From assembly GCA_963713705.1 (NCBI GenBank), contig CAVQMY010000024.1, forward strand, positions 746 to 64,745: DNA of 64,000 bases, given 5' to 3'. Below are positions 1 to 9,565 of this stretch, piece by piece. A program made the position numbers and the translations under genes. Below the pieces are notes generated by a model, which worked only from the letters and a program-made list of their open reading frames with translations, did no database searches and was not told the DNA's origin. Position 1 is the stretch's first letter. Every line of letters begins with the position of its first letter. The DNA comes from an uncultured Verrucomicrobiae bacterium. Its GTDB lineage: Bacteria > Verrucomicrobiota > Verrucomicrobiia > Palsa-1439.

Positions 1-257
1 CTCGCATCGGGCGCGCTCCGATACATCCAGCGATCAGCCAGCCCGAGTTTTTCCATCACGCCGCGGAGGTAGTTGACGTTGTAGGTGCAATCCTCGCTGA
101 TGGTGTTCTGGATCGGGTCATACGGCCACATCTCGGTGTCTTCGAGGTAAAACACATCGTGGCCCAGTTGGCGGAACCCCTCGACGAACTGCAGGTAGTC
201 CCACGCCACGCCCCCGAAAGCATATTGGCCGACCAATCCCGTGACGATGATGCGCAC
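1..257 (-). CDS. Partial CDS running off the window start; probable glycosyltransferase-like protein
   Basis: Manual translation from GTG at 257: MRIIVTGLVGQYAFGGVAWDYLQFVEGFRQLGHDVFYLED...; the 'G...L..LGHDV' pattern resembles GT-B N-termini. Not in the ORF track because it is truncated. Confidence 0.6.
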   Translation of the reverse strand, partial: MRIIVTGLVGQYAFGGVAWDYLQFVEGFRQLGHDVFYLEDTEMWPYDPIQNTISEDCTYNVNYLRGVMEKLGLADRWMYRSAPDA

Positions 258-683
258 AGCGGGAAGTTATAGTGGCTGCTCGCCCAAGAGACAACCTTGG
301 CGAGCCGCGTCGTTGTCGCGTATCCGTCTGACGCAGCACATTGTTGAGATTGGTTCCCAAGCGGACGGCTTACACGAGGACGGCAGCGCCAAGGGCAAAA
401 TCAGCTAACCGGGTGCTGTGTCAACACCTCCGATGGCCTTGGAAGGCCCGAATTTGCTTGATTTCATGGGCTTAACTTGCTTTACTTCGCCTTTAATGGA
501 GAGGTGAAGAGGCTGGCGCCTCGTTTCGCGTTTGCTGTTCTCACCGTTTCAGGATGATAGGGTAGATTGACGTTAACGGCATCGCGCGGGTCGTACCGTA
601 AAGCGGTTCATCAGGCCGCAAATCTCGTCGTCTACCCGCACAACGGTCCCAAGCTCCTGGCGCGATCGAAGAAGAACCAACAC

Positions 684-1607
684 ATGAAGTCGAGAATCCT
701 CACCGCCATTGCCCTCACCGCTGCATTGGGTTTTCGATCCGCGGCCTTCGCTACGAGCATCATCACCACCACCACGATTGACAGCGGCGGATTGCGTACG
801 TCGAGCGCCAATTACACGATGGACAGTAGTATTGGCGGCATCGGCGGCATCTCCAGCGCCTCGGCCGACACGGCGAAAGATGGGTACATCGGCCAACTCT
901 CGGAAGTGGTCGGCGTCGTGGTTACAGCCCAGCCGAATCCGGTCGGCGTCGGGAGCACGACGCTACTCAGCGGCACCGCTACGCTCGACGACAGCACGGT
1001 GGCCAGTTTGTCCGGTTCCGATGTCGCGTGGAGCAGTCCCAACGAGCCATACCCGGTCGCGTCGATCAGCGGCGGCGGAGTTCTCAGCCCTGCGGACGTG
1101 TACGCCGTGACGCCCGCCTTTGTGCCCGCCATCGTGGATGGGTATTATCTCGGCGCCACCAGCAACACGACCTTGGAAGTGTTTGCTCCCGATAGCATCG
1201 GCGACGGCATCCCGGATTGGTGGCGGCAGACGTATTTCGACGTCGCGACACCGACCAACAACTCCGACTGCGCGACCTGCGATGCTGACGGGACAGGCCA
1301 GGACAACCTGTTCAAATTCGTGGCAGGATTGAACCCGACGAATCCAGCCTCTGTGTTCGTCCTGAAGGTCGCCCCAGTGGCGGGTCAGCCGACGCAGAAG
1401 ACGTTGACGTACAACCCGATCCTGATTGGATTTGGGCAGACTTACACGGTGCAATACCGCACCAACCTGACGGGCGGCGCCGCGTACGCGACGCTCACGA
1501 CCACCAGCGCGCTGACGACCAACGTCCCGCAGGCGCAGGTCGCTGTCACCGATCTGAGCGCGACCCAACCGCAGAAGTTCTATCGGGTCAATATCAGTTT
1601 GCCGTAA
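684..1607 (+). CDS. Secreted protein with DGDGIPD-type Ca-binding motif and verrucomicrobial-type C-terminal domain
   Basis: ATG 684 gives signal peptide MKSRILTAIALTAALG; GDGIPDWW and DADGTGQDN motifs; ends ...KFYRVNISLP. Confidence 0.7.
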   Translation: MKSRILTAIALTAALGFRSAAFATSIITTTTIDSGGLRTSSANYTMDSSIGGIGGISSASADTAKDGYIGQLSEVVGVVVTAQPNPVGVGSTTLLSGTATLDDSTVASLSGSDVAWSSPNEPYPVASISGGGVLSPADVYAVTPAFVPAIVDGYYLGATSNTTLEVFAPDSIGDGIPDWWRQTYFDVATPTNNSDCATCDADGTGQDNLFKFVAGLNPTNPASVFVLKVAPVAGQPTQKTLTYNPILIGFGQTYTVQYRTNLTGGAAYATLTTTSALTTNVPQAQVAVTDLSATQPQKFYRVNISLP

Positions 1608-1660
1608 GAGGAAATGCCCGCTCAGACTTCAGCCGATTCGCTCACGCGTAAGTCAGACGG

Positions 1661-1810
1661 CTAGGGGATGGTGCCTTCGAGGTGGATCTCGTCGAAGGCG
1701 TCGCGGATCTGAATTATCCTACCCGATAGATCGCGGACGGTGGGGGCTACGAAACGGCAGCGTCTCCCTCTTGCGGGTGTCACAAATGTAGCTGGCATTC
1801 CTTCGGCGCT
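1661..1810 (-). pseudogene. Frameshifted remnant resembling the C-terminus of the neighbouring gene 1922..2914
   Basis: Two frames give ASYICDTRKRETLPF and RDLSGRIIQIRDAFDEIHLEGTIP*, versus GQYVRDTKVGDSLPL...DDLSNHLLMIEDEDNLIYLQGVIP* in the neighbour. Confidence 0.55.
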
Positions 1811-1921
1811 GGAGACTCCCGGGTTGCCCGTTGTGCGCCGATGCGAAGCTTGGCGTTTTCTTGCGGAGTGACAGTGGCGAGGGGCGCGCCCATGAAATGC
1901 ACATCGTGCAAGAATCTGCAC

Positions 1922-2914
1922 TTACGGGATCACGCCTTGCAGATAAATGAGATTGTCTTCGTCTTCAATCATCAGAAGGTGATTCGACAGATCATCGGCA
2001 TACTCGAATTGCAGTGGGAGGGAATCCCCGACTTTGGTGTCCCGCACATACTGGCCACCACTCCCCGAGATGGATAGCGTCAGTTGATCAAGATTGGTTA
2101 GACAGGAAGACACGCTATTCGTGATGCAAGCCGGATACGCAGGATCGTCGACGGTTGTGAGTGTCATCCAAACCGAATAGCTGTGGCCACCGAGAAGATT
2201 CTCGGCGTTCACTTCGATGAATGATTGTCCAGTGAGCCCTGAATAGCGCAGATTGATCTTCCCGCGTGCATTCGGAGCCGGCACCCACAGCTGCCCGTTG
2301 ATCACGGGAGGAACGGGAAGAGCCAACAACGCATGTTTGTTGAAGCTTGTCTTGCCCGGCGCGGGCAGAAGCGCTGGAATGGGAGCCCACAGAACACAGT
2401 CAACAACGACATTGGTTGTTCCGATCATCGTCGGAGATCCGATGCAAATAGCGTGGTTCGCCAAGTCATTCAGATCTGGTATACTGACTGCGAGAAATTG
2501 AGGTGCTGTGTTCAATGCTTCCTGTGTCGCTACATACTGTTCTCCCGTCGAAACCAGACGATTCAACTGACAAAGCAGACTAACTGGATCATTGGTGCGA
2601 AAGGTCGAGTTCAGATCCAACCAAACGCCCCAGCCGGCGTTGGAGGAACTCAGCGAAGAAGAAAGATTGCGTACATCCACGTCAAAAATCTGCTTGATCC
2701 CCTGCTTCCGCAAGGTGACCCTTCCGCTTGGTTTCACCACGGCAACGGCGTTGGAACCAGCTGCGCTAACGTGCGCGCTCTCGATGGTCTCCCGCAACAT
2801 GCTGATGGAAGCCGAATTCTGCGCACGAACTTCGCCGGGCAGAATTGCTATCGCGGCTGCGACCGCTACTCCCGCGAGCGCGATTGGAATCGTGCGACAA
2901 AATATGTTCAACAT
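1922..2914 (-). CDS. Secreted hypothetical protein with two internally similar halves
   Basis: ATG 2914 preceded by GAGGAGG; signal peptide ending VRA; SGRVTLR..FDVDVRNL..DLANH versus RGKINLR..IEVNAENL..DLSNH. Confidence 0.7.
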   Translation of the reverse strand: MLNIFCRTIPIALAGVAVAAAIAILPGEVRAQNSASISMLRETIESAHVSAAGSNAVAVVKPSGRVTLRKQGIKQIFDVDVRNLSSSLSSSNAGWGVWLDLNSTFRTNDPVSLLCQLNRLVSTGEQYVATQEALNTAPQFLAVSIPDLNDLANHAICIGSPTMIGTTNVVVDCVLWAPIPALLPAPGKTSFNKHALLALPVPPVINGQLWVPAPNARGKINLRYSGLTGQSFIEVNAENLLGGHSYSVWMTLTTVDDPAYPACITNSVSSCLTNLDQLTLSISGSGGQYVRDTKVGDSLPLQFEYADDLSNHLLMIEDEDNLIYLQGVIP

Positions 2915-3011
2915 GACGACTGCCTCCTCACTTGCCCGTTTTCTTCTACGCTTCCGAACGACACTGATTACAGCAGAAATTGCGCTAGGCATACCAATCC
3001 AATGGCGTCTG

Positions 3012-6000
3012 TCACTTTGCCCGCACGGATGCGATGACTGTGTCACTCAGCGAGGGTACACTGACGGATCGCACAGTTACCGGCACACTATTCGTCATTC
3101 CTTGGAGCACGTTGATGGCTTGGATATCCATACGGATCATCGCGTTCTTCGCTGTAATGGCGCCGGCCGCCAGGGGCGAAGTCGTATATGTTCCTCCCAC
3201 AACAGCATCCGTAATGTCCGCGGCTTTCTGCGTGGATCCAAGGTAGTACTTCACCGCAAACTGCGAAGTGCTTCCCGCGCCCGAAACAACGAAAGAATCA
3301 GGCTGCGAGCCCAGGTTCTGGATCGCAATGTAAAAGACTTCCTTCTTGCCGTTACCAATCGTCGTGGAGAGTGTTTCTGACAATCCCGTGGGATCCAGCA
3401 CGTTTTTGCCGATGAATTTCTTCAGGTTGGTGGAGGTGCCGATTAAAGCGTCCGGCAAGGCTGTCATCGAGTTTCCGTTGAGTGCTATCGTCTGTGGGCT
3501 GCCAGCGGCACTGTCGAAAACCATCAACGACGCCGTGGAGGCGCTGGCGCTGGTAGGCGTGAACCGCACCGAAACGGAGCAGATTCCTCCCGTGGGCACA
3601 CTGCTGCACGTATTCCCGACGACAGAAAACTGAGCGGCATCGGTCCCGGTAAGCGTCACATTCGTGATCGACAGTGCCACGGTGCCACAATTGGTAACCG
3701 TCAGCGTTTGTACGTCGTTGCTACCGGTACGCACGTTTCCGAAGGTGAGGGAATTGGCCGAGTAACAGATGTCCGTAGTCGAGATTATTCCCGTGCCAGA
3801 GAATCCAATGGAGTGCGGATTGCCCACGGCGTTGTCGTACAACGTCAACGTCGCGGCACGAGCACCACCACCGGTTGGCGCGAACGAGACACTAACCGTG
3901 CAGATCCCGCCAGTCGGAATCGATCCACTTTGGCAGTCATAACCAACCAGTGTGAAGTCGGCAGAATTGGCGCCGGAGAACACGTTGTTCGTCACCAGCA
4001 ACGCCGCGGAACCGCAATTCGATACCACGACACTCTGCACAAGGCTTGTGGTTCCCACGTACTGATTGCCAAATGTCAGACTCCCCGCGCTCAAGCACAC
4101 CAATGGGGTTGGCAGTAGGCCAATGCCGCTCAACGGCAAGGACTGCGACGCTCCGGTCGTGTCCGACAGAAGCTGCAGGACGGCGGTTCGCGTTCCCGTC
4201 GCCGTTGGCTGAAACACCAACTCGATCTGACAGATGCCGCCGGGTGGCACGGTCGCCCCGGAGCATTGGTTCGCAACAATTTGGAAGTCGTCAGGATTGG
4301 CGCCCGCCAACGAAATATCGTTGACGTTCACGGCGAGCGTCGATCCGTTCGTGTAAGTCACGATCTGCGGAGCCGTTGCGGTGAAAGGATACGCTGTGCC
4401 AAAGTCGAGACCGGCGGGAAGAAATTCAATGGCAGGAACCTGGGCATTGGCATTTACCACCAGATGGCCGGTGGCTCCCCCCAGGCCTTCAGCCACGATG
4501 TAGTACGTGGCATTGGTGTCCGTCACCGTCCACGAAACCGATGGCGGCACTGGCGGAATCGTGAGGCTGGGGGCGGCCGAGGCGCGTTCAAACAATGCCC
4601 CGCATTGTCCCTCCCAGATTGACACTTCCGTGGGAAAGCCGCTGCCGATGGTGTCGGCGCTGATGATCGTTCCTGGTATGGGGCGGACGATCTGGAAAAA
4701 CTCCTTTAGCCCGCCCGGTCCTGCGGAAGGACTCGGATAGGCATTGACATAAACGGGTGACACCAACGTGTTGGTCCACGAGAATGGGAAGTCAGAGATT
4801 TGGATGGCGGTCTGGCAGGTGTCGTTTGTCTGTCCCGTTGAAACGTCCGACGCATTGGTGCCGTTGTACACCACCAGGGCGAAGTCTTGGTTAACGAGCG
4901 ACTCTTTCACGTTTGGCACCGCGGCACCGGCGATATCCTGCGCCTGCACCACCACGCTCCACGTGCCGGTCTGCCCGGCGGGCAGGAACACGCTCTCCAT
5001 GTTGTTGACCTGGTCCAAAACGCCACCGGGCACGGAGTTCGGCCCCGCAAACACGTTGCCCAGATACAACTGCCCACCGATTGTCACCTTCAGATTGAGA
5101 CCGTTCACCAGTTGTTTGAACGCTGCCGGATTACCCGGCGCATCCGTCCACGCCAGCGTGACACGAAACGGCTGTGTGGGGTCCGCCACGGTGCCGCTCA
5201 ATTCGTACGTTTGCCCGGATTGCGAGAAGAACGTCTGTTGCGACACCGCATTGGTGCCCAGGAGCGGTGTGTCAATGGCTCGCGGCGTGGTCTCATCGCG
5301 CAGCACGCGAGACACGCCGTCGAACATCCGCGCCAAATCCATCCGACCCATGCCTTGCGCGATCGATGGCAGGGTGTCCTGTGCTCCCGTGAGCGGGTCG
5401 GTGATTTGCAGATAAAGCGCCGAGTTGCAAAGGTACGCTTTCAACATGGCCGGACTGGGGGGCAGCATATCGAGGTGATGCTGGAAGTACCACCACAACA
5501 GTTGCGCTCCGCCCGACACCGCCGGAGCCGAAAAGCTCGTGCCATCGTAGGCCGTGAGGCCATTATCGACGTCGCTGTATAAACGCGTAATGACCGCATT
5601 GGTCACAACGTCGGGTGAACAGGCTGGCGGACTGGGATTGTTTGGATCGCAACCATCACACTGCGGATGAATGTACGTCGCCTGTGATGTTGCTCCCAGA
5701 ATACCCTCGCCGGGCGCGACAATGTCCGGCTTGAAGCGACCGTCTTCGCAGGGACCGAAGGAACTGAACGAAGACATCCCATTACTCAACGTGCTCGATC
5801 CCACCGCGATGACATTCTTCGCGGTGGCCGGGGGCGTCACGATAACATCCCCGAATCCGCCCACTGTCGAATCGGCCCCGTTGGCATTACCGCCGGCAAA
5901 AACATAGAAAAGCTCCTGGTTAACGGGCGAGTTACCCGGGGTGGGAGGATTCGTCGACCCGGTTTGCACGGCGTCGCGGACGAGACTGTCATACGCTTGC

Positions 6001-7520
6001 GAGTTGGCGTCGTACACGCCGCCGTTGACACCCATGCTCAGAACCTCACCCCAACTGTTGTTGCTGATTCGCGCTCCGTTAAGATAAGCGCGTAAGCCCG
6101 CCGTAAGCGCGCCCGGATAGTCGCTCTGGGCGCCGCCAGGACTGGAGCCGATGCGGCCATAGGGTGAAATTCCCAGCCCGCATTGCAGCGACCCGAAGCG
6201 GTGGAAGATCGTGACCGGGAATGGCGGGTTTGGGATGTCCGTGACAACGGCACAAACGGTATCTTGAGTAACGTTGGTGACACCCGCAACAATGTTGGTA
6301 ACATCCACAATGTCGTTGCTCTGGGTATAGCAATGGATCGTTTCGTTGGGGTCCGTGTCGAAACCGGCCGCCACCGACGCGACAATCGTGCCATGCCCGT
6401 CTGTGTCGTCATCGGTCCTGTACACAACGCGACTAAGCGTGAGGTCACCACATTGGGCATCAGGAGATACCGGAAACGCTGGGTCATAGAAACAGGGATG
6501 CCACGTATTAATCGTTCCAGAGCCTGAGAGAAGCGGTGCTGGATTGGTCGTATCCAATCCTGTGTCGGCAATATCCAAAATGGGGTATTGCGACGGGTCG
6601 TTGGGAAAACCGACTGCGTTTAGAAAATCAAGATATCGTGCGGGTGACGGACCGGTACTACCGGTGGCCAGCACAATGGCTTGATTTTCGTCCATGCGCT
6701 GCATCGGCACGACCTGCTGAACCCACAAAACATCCGGCAGTCGCACCACCGGCAACAGCGCCGTCGCCGGCAACGTTGCCCGAATCTGGATTCGACCATC
6801 AAGCTGTATCGGCTCGCCGCTCTTGCCACCATGGCACAGCCCTCGAATCCGGCCAAGGCTCTGCGGTAACTGGGGTGTATCAACCAATTCAACAGTCACC
6901 TCGACCGTCGGATTGGTCGTCTGCAGCAGCGAAGATTTCGCCTTGTAAAACGGATGATAGGCGCCGATCCACTGAACGGGTCCATTCGAGACAATCAGAC
7001 TGTGCAGATTGGACTCAGCCGCTGCATCAGCCCACACCACGTACGCATTGTTCGGCACGTAACTCACAATCTTGACGTCCCCAACGCTCTGGAGTTGCTC
7101 CAACCACTGGGGTTTCACCGGTCCCTTGAATTGGACGAGCCGAAGACGATTGCCCGAGGTGGTGCTTTCACGCAGACTGTCAGGAATGTCCGAAGGTTCC
7201 CCCTGAGTCGCATCGATCTCACAAACGTTCAGCTCGATGCGGTTCATGTAGTCGGCCTTCATGACGCGCTTGCCATACTTGGCCTTTACCGATGCCACCT
7301 GGTCATCGGTCGCCTCCACCAGCCAGTAGGAGCCGTAATTGATGACGTGGCTGATTCCAAGCCCTTGCATCTGTGAAATCGGTTCGTTTGCCGATGGATA
7401 AATGACGATCTTGCTCCTGTGACTGCTCGCCAACTGCCCCAAGACAACTGTGCTAGTTGACAACACGGACACACCTAGAATCCACACCGCAAGAAAACGA
7501 AAACAAGACGAATTCTTCAT
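3012..7520 (-). CDS. Secreted S8 (subtilisin-like) serine protease with C-terminal Ig-like (choice-of-anchor D/ASH-type) repeats
   Basis: Catalytic motifs DTG (IADTGLD), HGT (GHGTIVAS) and GTSFSAP; three repeats of type 'L.FG......Q.V..TN.G...C....V.F.PT..G...A.L'. Confidence 0.9.
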   Translation of the reverse strand: MKNSSCFRFLAVWILGVSVLSTSTVVLGQLASSHRSKIVIYPSANEPISQMQGLGISHVINYGSYWLVEATDDQVASVKAKYGKRVMKADYMNRIELNVCEIDATQGEPSDIPDSLRESTTSGNRLRLVQFKGPVKPQWLEQLQSVGDVKIVSYVPNNAYVVWADAAAESNLHSLIVSNGPVQWIGAYHPFYKAKSSLLQTTNPTVEVTVELVDTPQLPQSLGRIRGLCHGGKSGEPIQLDGRIQIRATLPATALLPVVRLPDVLWVQQVVPMQRMDENQAIVLATGSTGPSPARYLDFLNAVGFPNDPSQYPILDIADTGLDTTNPAPLLSGSGTINTWHPCFYDPAFPVSPDAQCGDLTLSRVVYRTDDDTDGHGTIVASVAAGFDTDPNETIHCYTQSNDIVDVTNIVAGVTNVTQDTVCAVVTDIPNPPFPVTIFHRFGSLQCGLGISPYGRIGSSPGGAQSDYPGALTAGLRAYLNGARISNNSWGEVLSMGVNGGVYDANSQAYDSLVRDAVQTGSTNPPTPGNSPVNQELFYVFAGGNANGADSTVGGFGDVIVTPPATAKNVIAVGSSTLSNGMSSFSSFGPCEDGRFKPDIVAPGEGILGATSQATYIHPQCDGCDPNNPSPPACSPDVVTNAVITRLYSDVDNGLTAYDGTSFSAPAVSGGAQLLWWYFQHHLDMLPPSPAMLKAYLCNSALYLQITDPLTGAQDTLPSIAQGMGRMDLARMFDGVSRVLRDETTPRAIDTPLLGTNAVSQQTFFSQSGQTYELSGTVADPTQPFRVTLAWTDAPGNPAAFKQLVNGLNLKVTIGGQLYLGNVFAGPNSVPGGVLDQVNNMESVFLPAGQTGTWSVVVQAQDIAGAAVPNVKESLVNQDFALVVYNGTNASDVSTGQTNDTCQTAIQISDFPFSWTNTLVSPVYVNAYPSPSAGPGGLKEFFQIVRPIPGTIISADTIGSGFPTEVSIWEGQCGALFERASAAPSLTIPPVPPSVSWTVTDTNATYYIVAEGLGGATGHLVVNANAQVPAIEFLPAGLDFGTAYPFTATAPQIVTYTNGSTLAVNVNDISLAGANPDDFQIVANQCSGATVPPGGICQIELVFQPTATGTRTAVLQLLSDTTGASQSLPLSGIGLLPTPLVCLSAGSLTFGNQYVGTTSLVQSVVVSNCGSAALLVTNNVFSGANSADFTLVGYDCQSGSIPTGGICTVSVSFAPTGGGARAATLTLYDNAVGNPHSIGFSGTGIISTTDICYSANSLTFGNVRTGSNDVQTLTVTNCGTVALSITNVTLTGTDAAQFSVVGNTCSSVPTGGICSVSVRFTPTSASASTASLMVFDSAAGSPQTIALNGNSMTALPDALIGTSTNLKKFIGKNVLDPTGLSETLSTTIGNGKKEVFYIAIQNLGSQPDSFVVSGAGSTSQFAVKYYLGSTQKAADITDAVVGGTYTTSPLAAGAITAKNAMIRMDIQAINVLQGMTNSVPVTVRSVSVPSLSDTVIASVRAK

Positions 7521-7583
7521 CGGGTCCTCTTCTATTCTGTACTTAAACAGGGCATTCTTCCGCCATCAGAAGCCCATGTGAAA

Positions 7584-7600
7584 AGCAATTCTTGTTCCAA
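7584..7600 (-). promoter_or_regulatory. Sigma-54 (-24/-12) promoter upstream of the S8 protease
   Basis: Minus strand TTGGAACAAGAATTGCT has GG-N10-GC spacing, about 65 nt before the ATG. Confidence 0.6.
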
Positions 7601-7751
7601 GTACGCTATAAACACGTGGCATACCGCCCGGCATTGTCATGACTTGCCTGGTGTCGCACCGATTTCCGCGTTGAGGATCAGGAGGCGGCGGTATTATCGC
7701 GTGTCCAACCTGTAAGCCTTCCTCGACGGAGCGAGCCAAGCGAAGCCGATC

Positions 7752-7856
7752 TCAGTTCGCCGGCTGGGACGCGCCGAGGGTGCTTGCGGCGAAACCCGAC
7801 AACAACGCTACGGCCAAAGCAAATGCCCCCGGCGAACCAAGTGGTTTTTGTTTCAT
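7752..7856 (-). CDS. 34-aa ORF consisting almost entirely of a signal peptide
   Basis: MKQKPLGSPGAFALAVALLSGFAASTLGASQPAN*; lies downstream of a sigma-54-like motif. Confidence 0.35.
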   Translation of the reverse strand: MKQKPLGSPGAFALAVALLSGFAASTLGASQPAN

Positions 7857-7914
7857 ATTTTGGTTCTTTCGCTCAATCCATCGCCTCCGGTGAGGCGCTC
7901 AGGTGTTGCTTTAT

Positions 7915-7931
7915 ATGCAACGGTTGTGCCG
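7915..7931 (-). promoter_or_regulatory. Second sigma-54-like promoter
   Basis: Minus strand CGGCACAACCGTTGCAT has GG-N10-GC spacing. Confidence 0.5.
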
Positions 7932-8078
7932 GAGTAACGGATTTCACCGACTCAGTTCCCATCCGCAAGTGATGAAGGAGCAATCGGTTACAAAACTGTC
8001 CACCCCGTCTTAGCGTGGATTGGTGGCGAGTACCTTTTGCGCTGGACACTGGCGTTGGTGCATTTCAGAGTGCGCGGG

Positions 8079-9560
8079 ATGCGGAACGAAAAATGGTTCG
8101 TGGCCGTTTCCCTGGTCCTCGGCGCCTTCGCTTTTGCCGTCGTGCTGGCCGACCACCACGCCATCGATGGCGATCTGTGGGCGCGTCTGGCAGTCGGCGC
8201 ACACGTGTGGAAGACGGGTACGGTGATGCGCCACGACGTGTTTGCATTCACACCGACGCTACCGCAATGGATTGACCACGAATGGGGCGCAGGGTTGCTG
8301 TTTTTTGCGATGCTGAATTGGTTTGGGCCGGCATCACTGATGGTGTTCAAGATCAGCATCGCGCTGGGCGCTCTCGCCGTGTGCATCGCCGCCTCGCATG
8401 CCAGCGGGACAACGTGGGCTGGCGTGCTGATTCTGGCCGTGCCGTGCGCGCTAGCGGTATTGCCCGGTTATATGCCCGTGGTGCGCAGCCATGTGCTCAC
8501 GTATTTTTTCTTCGCTTTAACGCTGTGGTGGCTGGAACTGATGCGGGGCGGGCGGCGTTGGGCGTCGTTCGCCATCGTGGCACTGATGCTCGTATGGGCC
8601 AACGTCCACGGCGGATTCATCGTGGGCCTCGCGGCAATGGCCGTGTACGCGGCATGGTTAAGGACGCGCGCCGCCTTGGCCACGCTGCTGGCCGCCCTGG
8701 CGGTCACGTGCGTGAATCCGTATGGATTGAGTTTTTGGACATATCTCGTGCCCGCGTGGCTGCATCCGCGCGCCGATATTGCGGAATGGGGACGAATGCC
8801 GCTGTGGGGATTTGATTCGTATTTTGGCTTTCGGCTGCTGTTCGTGGTCGTCCTCGGCGCCGTTGCCTGGGGATGGAAACGCCGCACCGGGAGCGGGCTG
8901 ACCATGCTGGCGCTGACGGCAGCAGCGGCGGGGTTGCACCGGCGACACGCGCCGTTTTTCGGCCTGGCCGCGCTCGTGTACGTCGGGCCGTACCTCGACG
9001 GAAAGCGGTTGCGAGTGGAGGCCGTCGCGGCGGCGTACGTGGTGATCGCGGCGGTGGCGGCGTGGAGGTTTTTGCCGCAAGCGGCGCTGCAACCGTCGGA
9101 ACTGGCCAAATTCTTCTATCCCGTACGCACGGTGGACATCCTCGATTTGGCCCATGCGGAAGGAAATCTGGCCGTGCCGTTTCGCTGGGGCAGTTACGCA
9201 TCCTGGCGGCTGGCCCCACGAATCAAGGTGTCGATGGATGGACGTTACGAAGAGACCTATCCCGACAAGACGTTCGAAATGAACCACGCGTTGTTCTACA
9301 AGGACGGCGCGAATTGGGATGAATTGCTGCGGCGATATCGCGTGGATTTCATCATTGTTGAATTGCGGACGACGCTGTTGCAGCCCAACGATCTTTTGTC
9401 GCGTGGCTACGAGGCGGTATGGTCGGATGATACCTCGGCGTTGTTGGCCCGTCGTGAACTCGCGCCGGGACTACGCCGCGCCGCCGCCAATCTTCCCCCG
9501 ACGACACCCGAGCCCCTCGACCCGCATCTGGCCGATCGGTGGCTGCCCGGGGGCAGGTAA
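8079..9560 (+). CDS. Polytopic membrane protein, probable GT-C-fold glycosyltransferase
   Basis: Many TM segments; DLW..L..G, W.DHEW, WANVHGGF, NPYG and DGRYE motifs. Confidence 0.65.
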   Translation: MRNEKWFVAVSLVLGAFAFAVVLADHHAIDGDLWARLAVGAHVWKTGTVMRHDVFAFTPTLPQWIDHEWGAGLLFFAMLNWFGPASLMVFKISIALGALAVCIAASHASGTTWAGVLILAVPCALAVLPGYMPVVRSHVLTYFFFALTLWWLELMRGGRRWASFAIVALMLVWANVHGGFIVGLAAMAVYAAWLRTRAALATLLAALAVTCVNPYGLSFWTYLVPAWLHPRADIAEWGRMPLWGFDSYFGFRLLFVVVLGAVAWGWKRRTGSGLTMLALTAAAAGLHRRHAPFFGLAALVYVGPYLDGKRLRVEAVAAAYVVIAAVAAWRFLPQAALQPSELAKFFYPVRTVDILDLAHAEGNLAVPFRWGSYASWRLAPRIKVSMDGRYEETYPDKTFEMNHALFYKDGANWDELLRRYRVDFIIVELRTTLLQPNDLLSRGYEAVWSDDTSALLARRELAPGLRRAAANLPPTTPEPLDPHLADRWLPGGR

Positions 9561-9565
9561 GAGGG

